Positions 39,166 through 47,921 of a DNA stretch of 64,000 nucleotides are shown one piece after another. The DNA lies in NCBI GenBank assembly GCA_017613355.1, contig JAGAEA010000022.1, positions 6,209 to 70,208 on the forward strand. Reading direction: 5' to 3'. Below the pieces are notes generated by a model. The model ran no database searches. It saw nothing but the letters and a program-made list of their open reading frames with translations, and was not told where the DNA came from. Origin of the DNA: Clostridia bacterium (GTDB lineage Bacteria; Bacillota; Clostridia; Oscillospirales; CAG-272). Each line of letters begins with the position of its first letter. The first letter of the stretch is position 1. The translations under genes and the position numbers were made by a program.

Positions 39166-40173
39166 TCAGGAATTGAAGATCAGTTCGTCAAAAGAACAGC
39201 CGCTCGCGCTTTTCACGATCCCGTATGCGGTCAGTAAAACCAACCGATAGAGCCGTTCACGGTCAATGCCGACACAGTTCGGGATCGATTTGAGCAGTTT
39301 TTCGGCAGACGGATGAAACGAACCGGACGTCAGAAAGATGCCGCGCGATCCGTTTTTGACGTTGACCGCACCCCAGAACTCGCGGATCTCTTTTTCGGTG
39401 GTTTGCGTGTTTTCCCTGCATTTTGTCTGGATCATCAGATGTTCCACAAAGCCGAGATCGTCAACGGTCACCATTTCAATATCAACGCCGCCGTCCATAC
39501 TCCCGCCGGTCACCTCGCAGGAAGAAACCGCGCGTCCCGTCATTTGATAATACTTTTCCAATAGGTTGGCGCAATAACGTTCAAAGAATGCGCCGCCTTT
39601 GAGGTGGATCCGCTCAAAGAACGCCTTTTGAAATTCCGCCTCTGGTCGGAACTCCTTCCAGACCGCGACCGAATCGGCTTCTTTCGGGAGAGAATACAGA
39701 TCCCCTTCCAGTTTCACTTTCTGTTCGGAGAGCATTTGGGTCAACAGTTGTCCGGCGATCCCTTTCAGTTCGTTATCATCCTTCAACGACTTTGTTTGAA
39801 CCGTTCCGAAGTGATTTTGCAACGCGGAATACAAGTCCTTCTTTTTCATCGGATTTCGTCCGAGTAAACGAAGGATCTCTTTTTTATATTGTTGCGTTCC
39901 CACAACAATCAATTTTTCTTTGGTCAGAAAATATTCGTCGTTTTGCTTGGCAACGTCGCCGGACGCGACCAGATCATTGAGCGCCGTTCCGATGTAACTG
40001 CGAATGAGACCATTTTTCGAGTTTGGACTTTTATTTGCCAGTTCCTTTTCGGAAAGGCCGTAAAGTTTTGCTGTCCCATCCAAGATCCGGGCGCGTGTGG
40101 CTTTCCCTTCCTGATCGATAAACGCGGTCAACTTCTCCACGACCGACTGTTTTTCCTTCTCGCTGATTTTCAT
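39166..40173 (-). CDS. Mrr-like restriction endonuclease domain protein
   Basis: FERYCANLL...DGGVDI...IQTKC...EIREFWGAV...GIFLTSGSF catalytic pattern; N-terminal helical/wHTH-like segments. Confidence 0.8.
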   Translation of the reverse strand: MKISEKEKQSVVEKLTAFIDQEGKATRARILDGTAKLYGLSEKELANKSPNSKNGLIRSYIGTALNDLVASGDVAKQNDEYFLTKEKLIVVGTQQYKKEILRLLGRNPMKKKDLYSALQNHFGTVQTKSLKDDNELKGIAGQLLTQMLSEQKVKLEGDLYSLPKEADSVAVWKEFRPEAEFQKAFFERIHLKGGAFFERYCANLLEKYYQMTGRAVSSCEVTGGSMDGGVDIEMVTVDDLGFVEHLMIQTKCRENTQTTEKEIREFWGAVNVKNGSRGIFLTSGSFHPSAEKLLKSIPNCVGIDRERLYRLVLLTAYGIVKSASGCSFDELIFNS

Positions 40174-40191
40174 TTTGATCTACCCGTGAAG

Positions 40192-41364
40192 TCAGTTTTC
40201 TTTTCTCCAAACCATCTTATTGACAACGCCCACGTAGGACTGGATGATCTTGACTACCTTCGAGGATACGTTCTCCTCGATATAGTCCGGCACGGGGATG
40301 CCGTAGTCGCCGTTGCGGTTCATCTCCACGGCGGTATCCACCGATTGGATCAAACCCCTCTCGTCAATGCCGGAGAGGATGAAACAAGCCTTGTCCAGCG
40401 CTTCGGGGCGCTCGGTGGACGTGCGGATACAGACCGCCGGGAACGGTTTGCCGATGCTCGTGAAGAAACTGCTCTCCTCGGGGAGCGTTCCGCTGTCGGA
40501 CACCACGCAAAAAGCGTTCATTTGCAGGCAGTTGTAGTCGTGGAACCCCAAAGGTTCATGTTGGATCACGCGTTTGTCAAGTTGGAAACCGCTCGCTTCG
40601 AGGCGCTTGCGGCTGCGCGGATGGCAGGAATAGAGGATGGGAAGGTCGTACTTCTCCGCCATCTTGTTAATCGCCGTGAACAGGCTGACAAAGTTCTTTT
40701 CGGTGTCAATGTTCTCCTCGCGGTGGGCGGAGAGCAGGATGTACTTCCCTTTTTTCAGTCCCAAACGCTTGTGGATGTCGCTTGCCTCGATCTCGGCAAG
40801 GTTGTTGCGCAAAACTTCTGCCATCGGGCTACCCGTTACATAGGTCCGCTCCTTCGGCAGACCGCATTCGGCCAGATAGCGGCGGGCGTGTTCGGAATAC
40901 GCCATGTTGACGTCGCTGATGATGTCCACGATCCGGCGGTTGGTTTCCTCGGGCAGGCACTCGTCCTTGCAGCGGTTTCCCGCTTCCATGTGGAAGATCG
41001 GAATATGCAGCCGCTTTGCGCCGATGACCGACAGACAGGAGTTCGTGTCACCCAGAACGAGGACGGCGTCCGGCTTGATCTCTGCCATCAACTTGTAGGA
41101 CTTGGAAATAATGTTGCCGCAAGTTTCGCCCAGGTCGGCGCCGACCGCATCCAGATAGACTTCGGGATCGGCAAGTTTCAGATCCTTGAAGAACACACCG
41201 TTGAGGTTGTAGTCATAGTTCTGACCGGTGTGGGCAAGGATCGTATCAAAGTAGGTGCGGCACTTTGTGATCACCGCCGCGAGCCGGATGATCTCCGGCC
41301 GTGTGCCGACGATGATGAGCAGTTTCAATTTGCCGTTTTCTTTCCACTTCACGTTTTCAAACAT
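40192..41364 (-). CDS. fnlC: UDP-N-acetylhexosamine 2-epimerase (FnlC/CapG/WbjD-like)
   Basis: VGTRPEIIRL, HTGQNYD, HMEAGNRC, PEETNR, SDSGT. Confidence 0.9.
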   Translation of the reverse strand: MFENVKWKENGKLKLLIIVGTRPEIIRLAAVITKCRTYFDTILAHTGQNYDYNLNGVFFKDLKLADPEVYLDAVGADLGETCGNIISKSYKLMAEIKPDAVLVLGDTNSCLSVIGAKRLHIPIFHMEAGNRCKDECLPEETNRRIVDIISDVNMAYSEHARRYLAECGLPKERTYVTGSPMAEVLRNNLAEIEASDIHKRLGLKKGKYILLSAHREENIDTEKNFVSLFTAINKMAEKYDLPILYSCHPRSRKRLEASGFQLDKRVIQHEPLGFHDYNCLQMNAFCVVSDSGTLPEESSFFTSIGKPFPAVCIRTSTERPEALDKACFILSGIDERGLIQSVDTAVEMNRNGDYGIPVPDYIEENVSSKVVKIIQSYVGVVNKMVWRKEN

Positions 41365-41365
41365 T

Positions 41366-42574
41366 TCATTTCTCCTCGGCAAGGCGGTCCTTGATATACT
41401 GCAAGGACGCGATTTTGGCTTTGGTTTCTTCCAAATTCAGGCGGCGGGTGTTATTCGAGTTGAATTCGGTCAGCGTATTCCGTTTTTCGTCGCCTTCCTT
41501 GAAATATTTATCGTAGTTCAAACCACGGTTGTCCGCCGGAACACGATAGAAATTGCCCATGTCGATGGCTTTGGCGCACTCCTCATTCGTCAAGAGCGTT
41601 TCATACATTTTCTCACCGTGGCGGATCCCGATGACCTTGATGTCCTCTTTCTTGCCGCCGAATAATTCGCAAACGGCTTCCGCCTGGGTCTGAATGGTAC
41701 AGGCAGGCGCTTTCTGGATCAGAAGGTCGCCGTTTTCTCCGTGTTCAAAAGCAAACAGAACGAGATCGACTGCTTCGTCAAGCGACATGATGAAACGGGT
41801 CATGGAAGGCTCGGTGAGAGTGATGGGATTTCCCGCCCGGATCTGGTCGATCCAAAGCGGAATGACAGACCCACGCGAACACATGACGTTGCCGTAACGG
41901 GTGCAGCAGATCCGGGTGTTGCCGCTGTTCCTGGATTTCGCAATGGCAACCTTTTCTTCGATTGCTTTCGTGATTCCCATCGCGTTGATCGGGTATGCGG
42001 CTTTATCGGTCGATAAGCAAATTACGCACTTTACGCCTTCTTCAATCGCGGCGGTCAAGATGTTGTCCGTTCCAATGATATTGGTTTTCACGGCTTCCAT
42101 CGGGAAGAATTCGCAGGAAGGAACCTGCTTCAACGCGGCAGCGTGGAAGATATAGTCCACACCTTTCATAACGCTGCGGCAGGACTCCAAAGAGCGAACG
42201 TCACCGATGTAGAATTTGATTTTTTGGAAATGCTCCGGGTATTTCGCCTGGTATTCGTGGCGCATATCATCCTGCTTCTTTTCGTCCCGCGAGAAAATGC
42301 GGATCTCACCGATGTCGGTCGTCAGAAAGCGGTTGAGAACGGCGTTTCCGAAAGATCCGGTGCCGCCGGTGATCAGCAACACCTTCCCTTTCAAGATGTT
42401 GGTGTCGTTGTCTGCGTATTCTTTCAGGAGTTCCTTGATTCTTTGAAGTTTGAGCTGATCGGCAAGGTCTTCATCACTTTCATAGGATACGAAGGAACGA
42501 AGCGAGGTCTTTGTGATCTCAGCAGCTTCCTTTTGCGTCAGATTGCACATTTTCCTGAGTTCTTTTAAGGTCAT
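41366..42574 (-). CDS. fnlA: XRE-HTH fused UDP-GlcNAc 4,6-dehydratase/epimerase (FnlA/CapE/WbjB-like)
   Basis: N-terminal LKELRKMCNLTQKEAAEITKTSLRSFVSYE HTH, then ITGGTGSFG, SRDEKKQDDMR, ALKQVPSCEFFP, RYGNVMCSRGS. Confidence 0.9.
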   Translation of the reverse strand: MTLKELRKMCNLTQKEAAEITKTSLRSFVSYESDEDLADQLKLQRIKELLKEYADNDTNILKGKVLLITGGTGSFGNAVLNRFLTTDIGEIRIFSRDEKKQDDMRHEYQAKYPEHFQKIKFYIGDVRSLESCRSVMKGVDYIFHAAALKQVPSCEFFPMEAVKTNIIGTDNILTAAIEEGVKCVICLSTDKAAYPINAMGITKAIEEKVAIAKSRNSGNTRICCTRYGNVMCSRGSVIPLWIDQIRAGNPITLTEPSMTRFIMSLDEAVDLVLFAFEHGENGDLLIQKAPACTIQTQAEAVCELFGGKKEDIKVIGIRHGEKMYETLLTNEECAKAIDMGNFYRVPADNRGLNYDKYFKEGDEKRNTLTEFNSNNTRRLNLEETKAKIASLQYIKDRLAEEK

Positions 42575-42797
42575 AACAAAATGCCTCCATAATATCTTAC
42601 AGAGGCATTATATCACAAATGTGCAAATTTTGCAAGTGCTTTGCTGTTTTTTTATCTGCTTTTTTCACTAATTTCTAAAAAAAGCCACCTCTGCCAGATT
42701 GTATGCATTAATGAAATCATCGAGATCTATAGGGCAGCAGGTTATCAGATTTTCATATCCAACGATAACGTCAATAATTACCACCAGGATACACAAC

Positions 42798-43862
42798 CTA
42801 GTGAATCCAATCACTCAAATCAATCTTTAATGGAGTTTTGTTCTTTAGGTGAATAGCGCCAATCGCAATGCCAATTGAACTTAGGCTTATAGAAGATGCT
42901 CCTTTATTCCACATATCTGAAATAGGTTTTAAATCTGGATATTTATCAATTAAGTGTTCTGCGGCTTTCTTTTGTTCGACACAGTGTTCCTTATAAAAAG
43001 AAATAATCCTATTTTTAACTGGTTCTGTTATATCAGTTCTAGCATTGACTTGTTTCAAAAACTCCGAATAACTATTTGCTTTGAATGTAAATGTATCCGA
43101 CCCATCAAAAGCAAAAACCTCAGGAAACCATTCATATAAACTCTTTCCATTAATCTGTTCCATTTTGAATAAGTTTGAAGAAAAAGGTATATAAAAGGCT
43201 GAAGTATATTTGTTCCACAAGACATCACACAAAGGATTTGACATAACGCTTTTAATTGAACATCTTGTGAAATCTAAATGGCCAAGGTCTAAATCATTTA
43301 TTGAACTAACATTTTGACATAGTGGCAAAGCAAACAAAACCAGTATTTGATGAAGCCCGGAAAGAAACCTGGCGCCAGATACACCAACGTGGCCCATAAA
43401 GAATCTTAGAGCTAAAATATCCAATTGCTTATCAAGAAGAATGGGTGCTGTTTTTATAGCTTCACTCAATACTATTTGTCCTATTGTTGCTTCTTTGCAA
43501 TTTACTCTTTCTGCAATCAATTCACCTAAGATATCTAAAAGCGACACACTTCCCGTCTTTATATAACCTTTTTCAGCTTCGACCAAATCAAATTGCATAG
43601 ATGGAGAAGATAGAGCTTCTTGTACTTTTTCTATTTTAGTGTCAAGTTGGTTTAGTTTATTGAATACAGATACGACAAACTCACCATCACGTTCAAGAGC
43701 AGTTTCCAAAGCCTTATTCTTATATTTTTCTAATTCACATCTAACAACTTCTTCGATATATGGTCTTAAACCTTCAAGAGTCAAAAGACCAACATTGATT
43801 GTGCCTGCATTTTCAGTGACTGCAACTCCGTTATTGTTTTCTATTTCACTTTTGTTGGACAT
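42798..43862 (-). CDS. LPO_1073/Vpar_1526-like protein with an N-terminal amyloid-like motif
   Basis: Pattern ALETALER...PSMQFDL...LDILGELIAER...QIVLSEAIKTAP...IGIAIG...LSDWI resembles that family (from recall); AT-rich; GAAGGTGA RBS. Confidence 0.65.
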   Translation of the reverse strand: MSNKSEIENNNGVAVTENAGTINVGLLTLEGLRPYIEEVVRCELEKYKNKALETALERDGEFVVSVFNKLNQLDTKIEKVQEALSSPSMQFDLVEAEKGYIKTGSVSLLDILGELIAERVNCKEATIGQIVLSEAIKTAPILLDKQLDILALRFFMGHVGVSGARFLSGLHQILVLFALPLCQNVSSINDLDLGHLDFTRCSIKSVMSNPLCDVLWNKYTSAFYIPFSSNLFKMEQINGKSLYEWFPEVFAFDGSDTFTFKANSYSEFLKQVNARTDITEPVKNRIISFYKEHCVEQKKAAEHLIDKYPDLKPISDMWNKGASSISLSSIGIAIGAIHLKNKTPLKIDLSDWIH

Positions 43863-44037
43863 GCATTTCACCTTCATTCACTCCAACTGCGACACCAGAG
43901 TTATCTTTTATTTCCATATGAGACTTAATAAACTGGTCACATTTCTTTTTTGTTTTAAAGCTGAAGGCAAAAGATAGAATTGCCACCAATGTACTTACAC
44001 CGGCTATAATGATTGATATTATTTCATAAACTGTCAT
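43846..44037 (-). CDS. 63-aa single-TM peptide with a C-terminal amyloid-like motif
   Basis: AAGGAGGAG RBS; MTVYEIISIIIAGVSTLVAILSFAFSFKTKKK...EIKDNSGVAVGVNEGEMHVQQK; overlaps the next gene by 17 nt. Confidence 0.75.
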   Translation of the reverse strand: MTVYEIISIIIAGVSTLVAILSFAFSFKTKKKCDQFIKSHMEIKDNSGVAVGVNEGEMHVQQK

Positions 44038-44065
44038 TCTTATCTCCTCCTTCATTAGATTTCAA

Positions 44066-44240
44066 AACCACACCACTTCACAGCTATCGGCTTGCTATGG
44101 CCTGAAGTGCTTTCTGGTTGTTCTTCCTTGCTTGCCGTTGATACCTAACCACTCACCAGGTTCCGATGAGGTTGCTAGGCATTTCCATCTTTTCAGCAAA
44201 ACCGCAGTTCAAAACCCGAGTCCGCTGATGCTCCTTCTTC
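44066..44240. mobile_element. Structured non-coding element, possible IS200/IS605-type end remnant
   Basis: Higher-GC stretch in AT-rich context with nested stems (cacttca...tgaagtg; cagc...gctg); no transposase adjacent; IS link is from recall only. Confidence 0.4.
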
Positions 44241-44256
44241 GATTGGGGGCGGGGTG

Positions 44257-45282
44257 TTATTCTTTGCTATATCCGTAAGGATTTTTAACTTGCCAATTCC
44301 AAGAGTCCCTAGCGCAGTCCTCGTATGTATATTCAGCTTTCCAGCCTAAAATCTTGTTGGCTTTTTCAACCGATGCAAAAGATAGAGGAACATCACCAGG
44401 TCTGATATCCGTAATTTGGTAAGGAATCTTCTTCCCCGACACTTTTTCGAAAGCAGCGACCAATTGCAAAACGGTCGTTCCCTTTCCTGTGCCCAAATTG
44501 AAGACATCAAATTTCACATCTGTGTTATTCAAATAATTTAGCGCGGCAAGATGGCCTTTTGCGAGATCAACAACGTGAATATAATCCCTTAATCCGGTTC
44601 CATCGACAGTATCGTATGAATTGCCATAGACCTTCAAATAAGGAAGTTGCCCAAGCAAAACTTTCGTGATGTAAGGCACCAAGTTATTAGGAATGGATTG
44701 TCCATCATCCTCGCCAATCAAACCAGATGGATGTGCGCCAACCAGGTTGAAGTATCTAAGCGCAATAAACTTGAAATCCTTTCTTTGGCTAGCGAAATCC
44801 TTCAAAAGCAATTCAATAAGATATTTGCTCAAGCCATAAGGAGAGCAAACCTTACCAACCAAATCTATTTCATAATCAGGCACTTCTTCTGGGGTACCAT
44901 AAACCGTAGCACTGCTGGAAAACACTAATTTATAAACATTATGCTTTTCCATAGCGTTCAGAAGATTAAACGTGGAAATGATGTTTGTATTCAAGTATTT
45001 GCCAGGTTCGAGTATAGATTCAGCACCGCTCTTTAAACCTGCGAAATGGATGATTGAATCTATTTTATTCTCACTGAAAACTCTTTCAACAAGTTCAACA
45101 TCCAACAAGTCACCCTTATAAAACTTTGGCGTTTTGCCTGTGATTGCAGTAATTCTTTCAAGAACCTCAATCCTTGAATTGCACAGATTGTCAACGATGA
45201 CGACATCCTCGCCAACATTTAATAATTCTACCACAGTGTGGGAACCGATAAACCCAGTTCCGCCTGTAACTAATACGCTCAT
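44257..45282 (-). CDS. galE: UDP-glucose 4-epimerase
   Basis: VTGGTGFIGSHT, IHFAGLK, FSSSATVYG, YGLSK, LRYFN, RDYIHVVDLA. Confidence 0.93.
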   Translation of the reverse strand: MSVLVTGGTGFIGSHTVVELLNVGEDVVIVDNLCNSRIEVLERITAITGKTPKFYKGDLLDVELVERVFSENKIDSIIHFAGLKSGAESILEPGKYLNTNIISTFNLLNAMEKHNVYKLVFSSSATVYGTPEEVPDYEIDLVGKVCSPYGLSKYLIELLLKDFASQRKDFKFIALRYFNLVGAHPSGLIGEDDGQSIPNNLVPYITKVLLGQLPYLKVYGNSYDTVDGTGLRDYIHVVDLAKGHLAALNYLNNTDVKFDVFNLGTGKGTTVLQLVAAFEKVSGKKIPYQITDIRPGDVPLSFASVEKANKILGWKAEYTYEDCARDSWNWQVKNPYGYSKE

Positions 45283-45362
45283 TTTATATTCCTCCTGGTA
45301 TCACAAAACATTATTTGTTAAAACATCGACGATTGTTGGTTTTAAGCAACCATCAAATCTAA

Positions 45363-46172
45363 TTATCTATCAATATATAAATTCCCAGAGCCGCCCGTAA
45401 CATAAAATGTCTCTCCAACAACCAAATCAGAAATACTTGAGCATAATAAAACCGCCCAATTCGCAATTTCTTGTGCGGTGGCCATTCTTTTAGAAGGATT
45501 CTCCTCGCAAAAAATGTCATTATTATCTCTTCCGAGCATTTTTGTAGCAACTGGTCCAGGGCCTAATCCGTTCACAACAATTCCATAAGGAATTAATCTT
45601 TGTGCAGAACCTTTAATCAAACTCTCTACAGCATTCTTCGATATTTCATATGGTGTAACTCCATTTTTTAGCGCACTAGCAGAACTTATATTCAATATGT
45701 GGCCTTTTATTGCATGAGATTTCATTAAATTCCCTACACATTGATTAACGAAAAACATCCCTTTGAGGTTCACAGAGATTACGTCATCGAAATCCTTTTC
45801 GGTAATTTCAAAAAAATTAGATGGGCCGTGTATGCCCGCTGCATATACAACTATATCGATATTATAATCATGCGATGAATAAATGTGATCTAGTGAATGA
45901 AGCATAGATGTGATATGGTTGCAATCAATCTCATAAAACTCACAATTGTTCAATTGGGCATAAGCCTTTTCCAATTTTTCCTTATTCGTCCCAGTAATCA
46001 TTATATTACAATCCGATTTTTGAAAAGCTTTTGCAATTTCAAATCCAATGCCACCACATCCACCAATTATTAATGCTCGATGCCCAGAAAGAAGATTAGT
46101 CATTAATACCGGAGTATTAATTGCTCTAAGCTCGACTTTTTTGAATCTTTTTAAAAACGACTTAATGCTCAT
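45363..46172 (-). CDS. SDR family oxidoreductase
   Basis: GGCGGIG, NISS, YEISK, VNGLGPG. Confidence 0.88.
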   Translation of the reverse strand: MSIKSFLKRFKKVELRAINTPVLMTNLLSGHRALIIGGCGGIGFEIAKAFQKSDCNIMITGTNKEKLEKAYAQLNNCEFYEIDCNHITSMLHSLDHIYSSHDYNIDIVVYAAGIHGPSNFFEITEKDFDDVISVNLKGMFFVNQCVGNLMKSHAIKGHILNISSASALKNGVTPYEISKNAVESLIKGSAQRLIPYGIVVNGLGPGPVATKMLGRDNNDIFCEENPSKRMATAQEIANWAVLLCSSISDLVVGETFYVTGGSGNLYIDR

Positions 46173-47920
46173 TTTTTAAACCCCTTCAAAAAAGATAGTA
46201 TTTTTTTAATTCTTTCTTTTTGTTTAGAACTAAATAGTTTAGAGAGCGAGTTCACAACAGGATTACCAACTTGATTTCTATTTTGATTGTAGAATTTATT
46301 AGTGTTGTTTGCTTCGAATTCCATATCGGTAAAGACTTCTAAAAACATCGGTTTGTCACTTTCGTGTGAAAACTTTTCTATAGCGTTATCAAACTCTTCT
46401 TTGCAAGTGGCAAAATAATAATCATAGCCCAATGAAACAACCCACCCAGCCGCAATCTTTGAATGCTTTGCTGAAATATAATCATTTATTTCAGGAATTT
46501 TCTCTTTGCCAACAAAAAAATGGAATTCCCCACCGCCTCCATTATTAATTAATATAATTCTCACATTCTTTGAAATGTTCCTTAAACCGGCGGCATTCAT
46601 ATCGTAAAAAAAGCTCAAATCACCAATCAACAAATACGCCAATTCGTTTGTTGATGCCGCCTGGCCAGCAAAAGTCGAAAGGCATCCATCTATTCCTAAA
46701 GCGCCAACGTTGCTATATGCCATAACGTTATTATTTAAGTTGAAGAACTGCATGACTCTCGTACTATTTAGAATAGCAGTATGCAAAACAGAATTCTCAG
46801 GAACGATTTGCGATAGTCCTTTTGCAACATAAAGATTTGAAAACTCAAATTCTGGCAGAATAAACTTGTCTATTTGCGATTTCCAGAGGTTGTAATAAAG
46901 CATATCGTTTTTGTCGTTCTTTTCTAGGGACATTAGACCATCGAAGAATTCAGCAACGCTGCACTCATAAATGCGCGTTAAACATTTATATGCATCACGA
47001 ACATTTCCATTTTCCGATATTAGCCAGTTACAAATACTTTTATACCCATTTCTCAAAAATGGTTTTAATCCATACGCTGCTAAGTTGTTGCCAATAGAAA
47101 TCACTAGATCCGGAAGAAGGTTTGAAGACAAACGCGTTTCAGTAAGTGGATAGGTATTTATGCATCCTTCACAATTTATATTTGACAAAGTCTCGATTGA
47201 AAAAAAGCATTTATATCTGTTAAAAAACTTTTCAAAATTAGATATCATCTTTTTGTCAAAGTTAACATTTTGACCAACAACAACCATAATTCTTTTATAA
47301 CCAACTAAGTTTTCATGAATTGAGTTAAAGTCAATTTTTGAGAACGAAATTAGATCAATTTTTCTTTCAGTAGGCAATTTTTCGCAATCGTAAATATCGT
47401 ATCTTTGTGTAATTGGAACATTTATGTGACACGGGCCACTACCGTGATGATCGAGTTCAAGAAGGGCCTCGTTAATAAGTCTATTACATAACCACTCATC
47501 CTCTTCATCTTTTATAACAGGCAGAGATACAGATTTCTTAACAACGCCATCAAACACTTTTGTTTGTTCAATTTTTTGTGTTTCTAATTGATTTTGATAA
47601 TATGGATTTTTATCGCATGTTATAGCAAGAACGGGCCTACTTTGGTACCATGCCTCTGTAATACCTGGCAAATAATTACAAACAGCAGTGCCAGATGTAC
47701 AAATGCATGCAACCACACATTGTTTCTGCAGCGAAACACCTAGAGCGAAGTATGCAGCGCTTCTTTCATCAACTACTGAATAACAGTTAAAAAAGGGATC
47801 TTTTTCTATAGAATGAATTAAGGGAATATCACTTCCACCTGGAGAAATGACTATTTCTTTAATGTCATTTTGTTTCAACAAAGATACCAAAATTTGAATG
47901 CTCCTAATATTGCTATACAT
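46169..47920 (-). CDS. MenD-like thiamine diphosphate-dependent enzyme
   Basis: ISPGGSD, VDERSAAYFALG, CTSGTA, GIDG, GDLSFFYD...INNGGG ThDP motif. Confidence 0.85.
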   Translation of the reverse strand: MYSNIRSIQILVSLLKQNDIKEIVISPGGSDIPLIHSIEKDPFFNCYSVVDERSAAYFALGVSLQKQCVVACICTSGTAVCNYLPGITEAWYQSRPVLAITCDKNPYYQNQLETQKIEQTKVFDGVVKKSVSLPVIKDEEDEWLCNRLINEALLELDHHGSGPCHINVPITQRYDIYDCEKLPTERKIDLISFSKIDFNSIHENLVGYKRIMVVVGQNVNFDKKMISNFEKFFNRYKCFFSIETLSNINCEGCINTYPLTETRLSSNLLPDLVISIGNNLAAYGLKPFLRNGYKSICNWLISENGNVRDAYKCLTRIYECSVAEFFDGLMSLEKNDKNDMLYYNLWKSQIDKFILPEFEFSNLYVAKGLSQIVPENSVLHTAILNSTRVMQFFNLNNNVMAYSNVGALGIDGCLSTFAGQAASTNELAYLLIGDLSFFYDMNAAGLRNISKNVRIILINNGGGGEFHFFVGKEKIPEINDYISAKHSKIAAGWVVSLGYDYYFATCKEEFDNAIEKFSHESDKPMFLEVFTDMEFEANNTNKFYNQNRNQVGNPVVNSLSKLFSSKQKERIKKILSFLKGFKK

Positions 47921-47921
47921 A

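Noticed and set aside
46169-47920. Menaquinone biosynthesis menD
   Set aside because: No other men genes nearby; the gene is embedded in an AT-rich polysaccharide operon.
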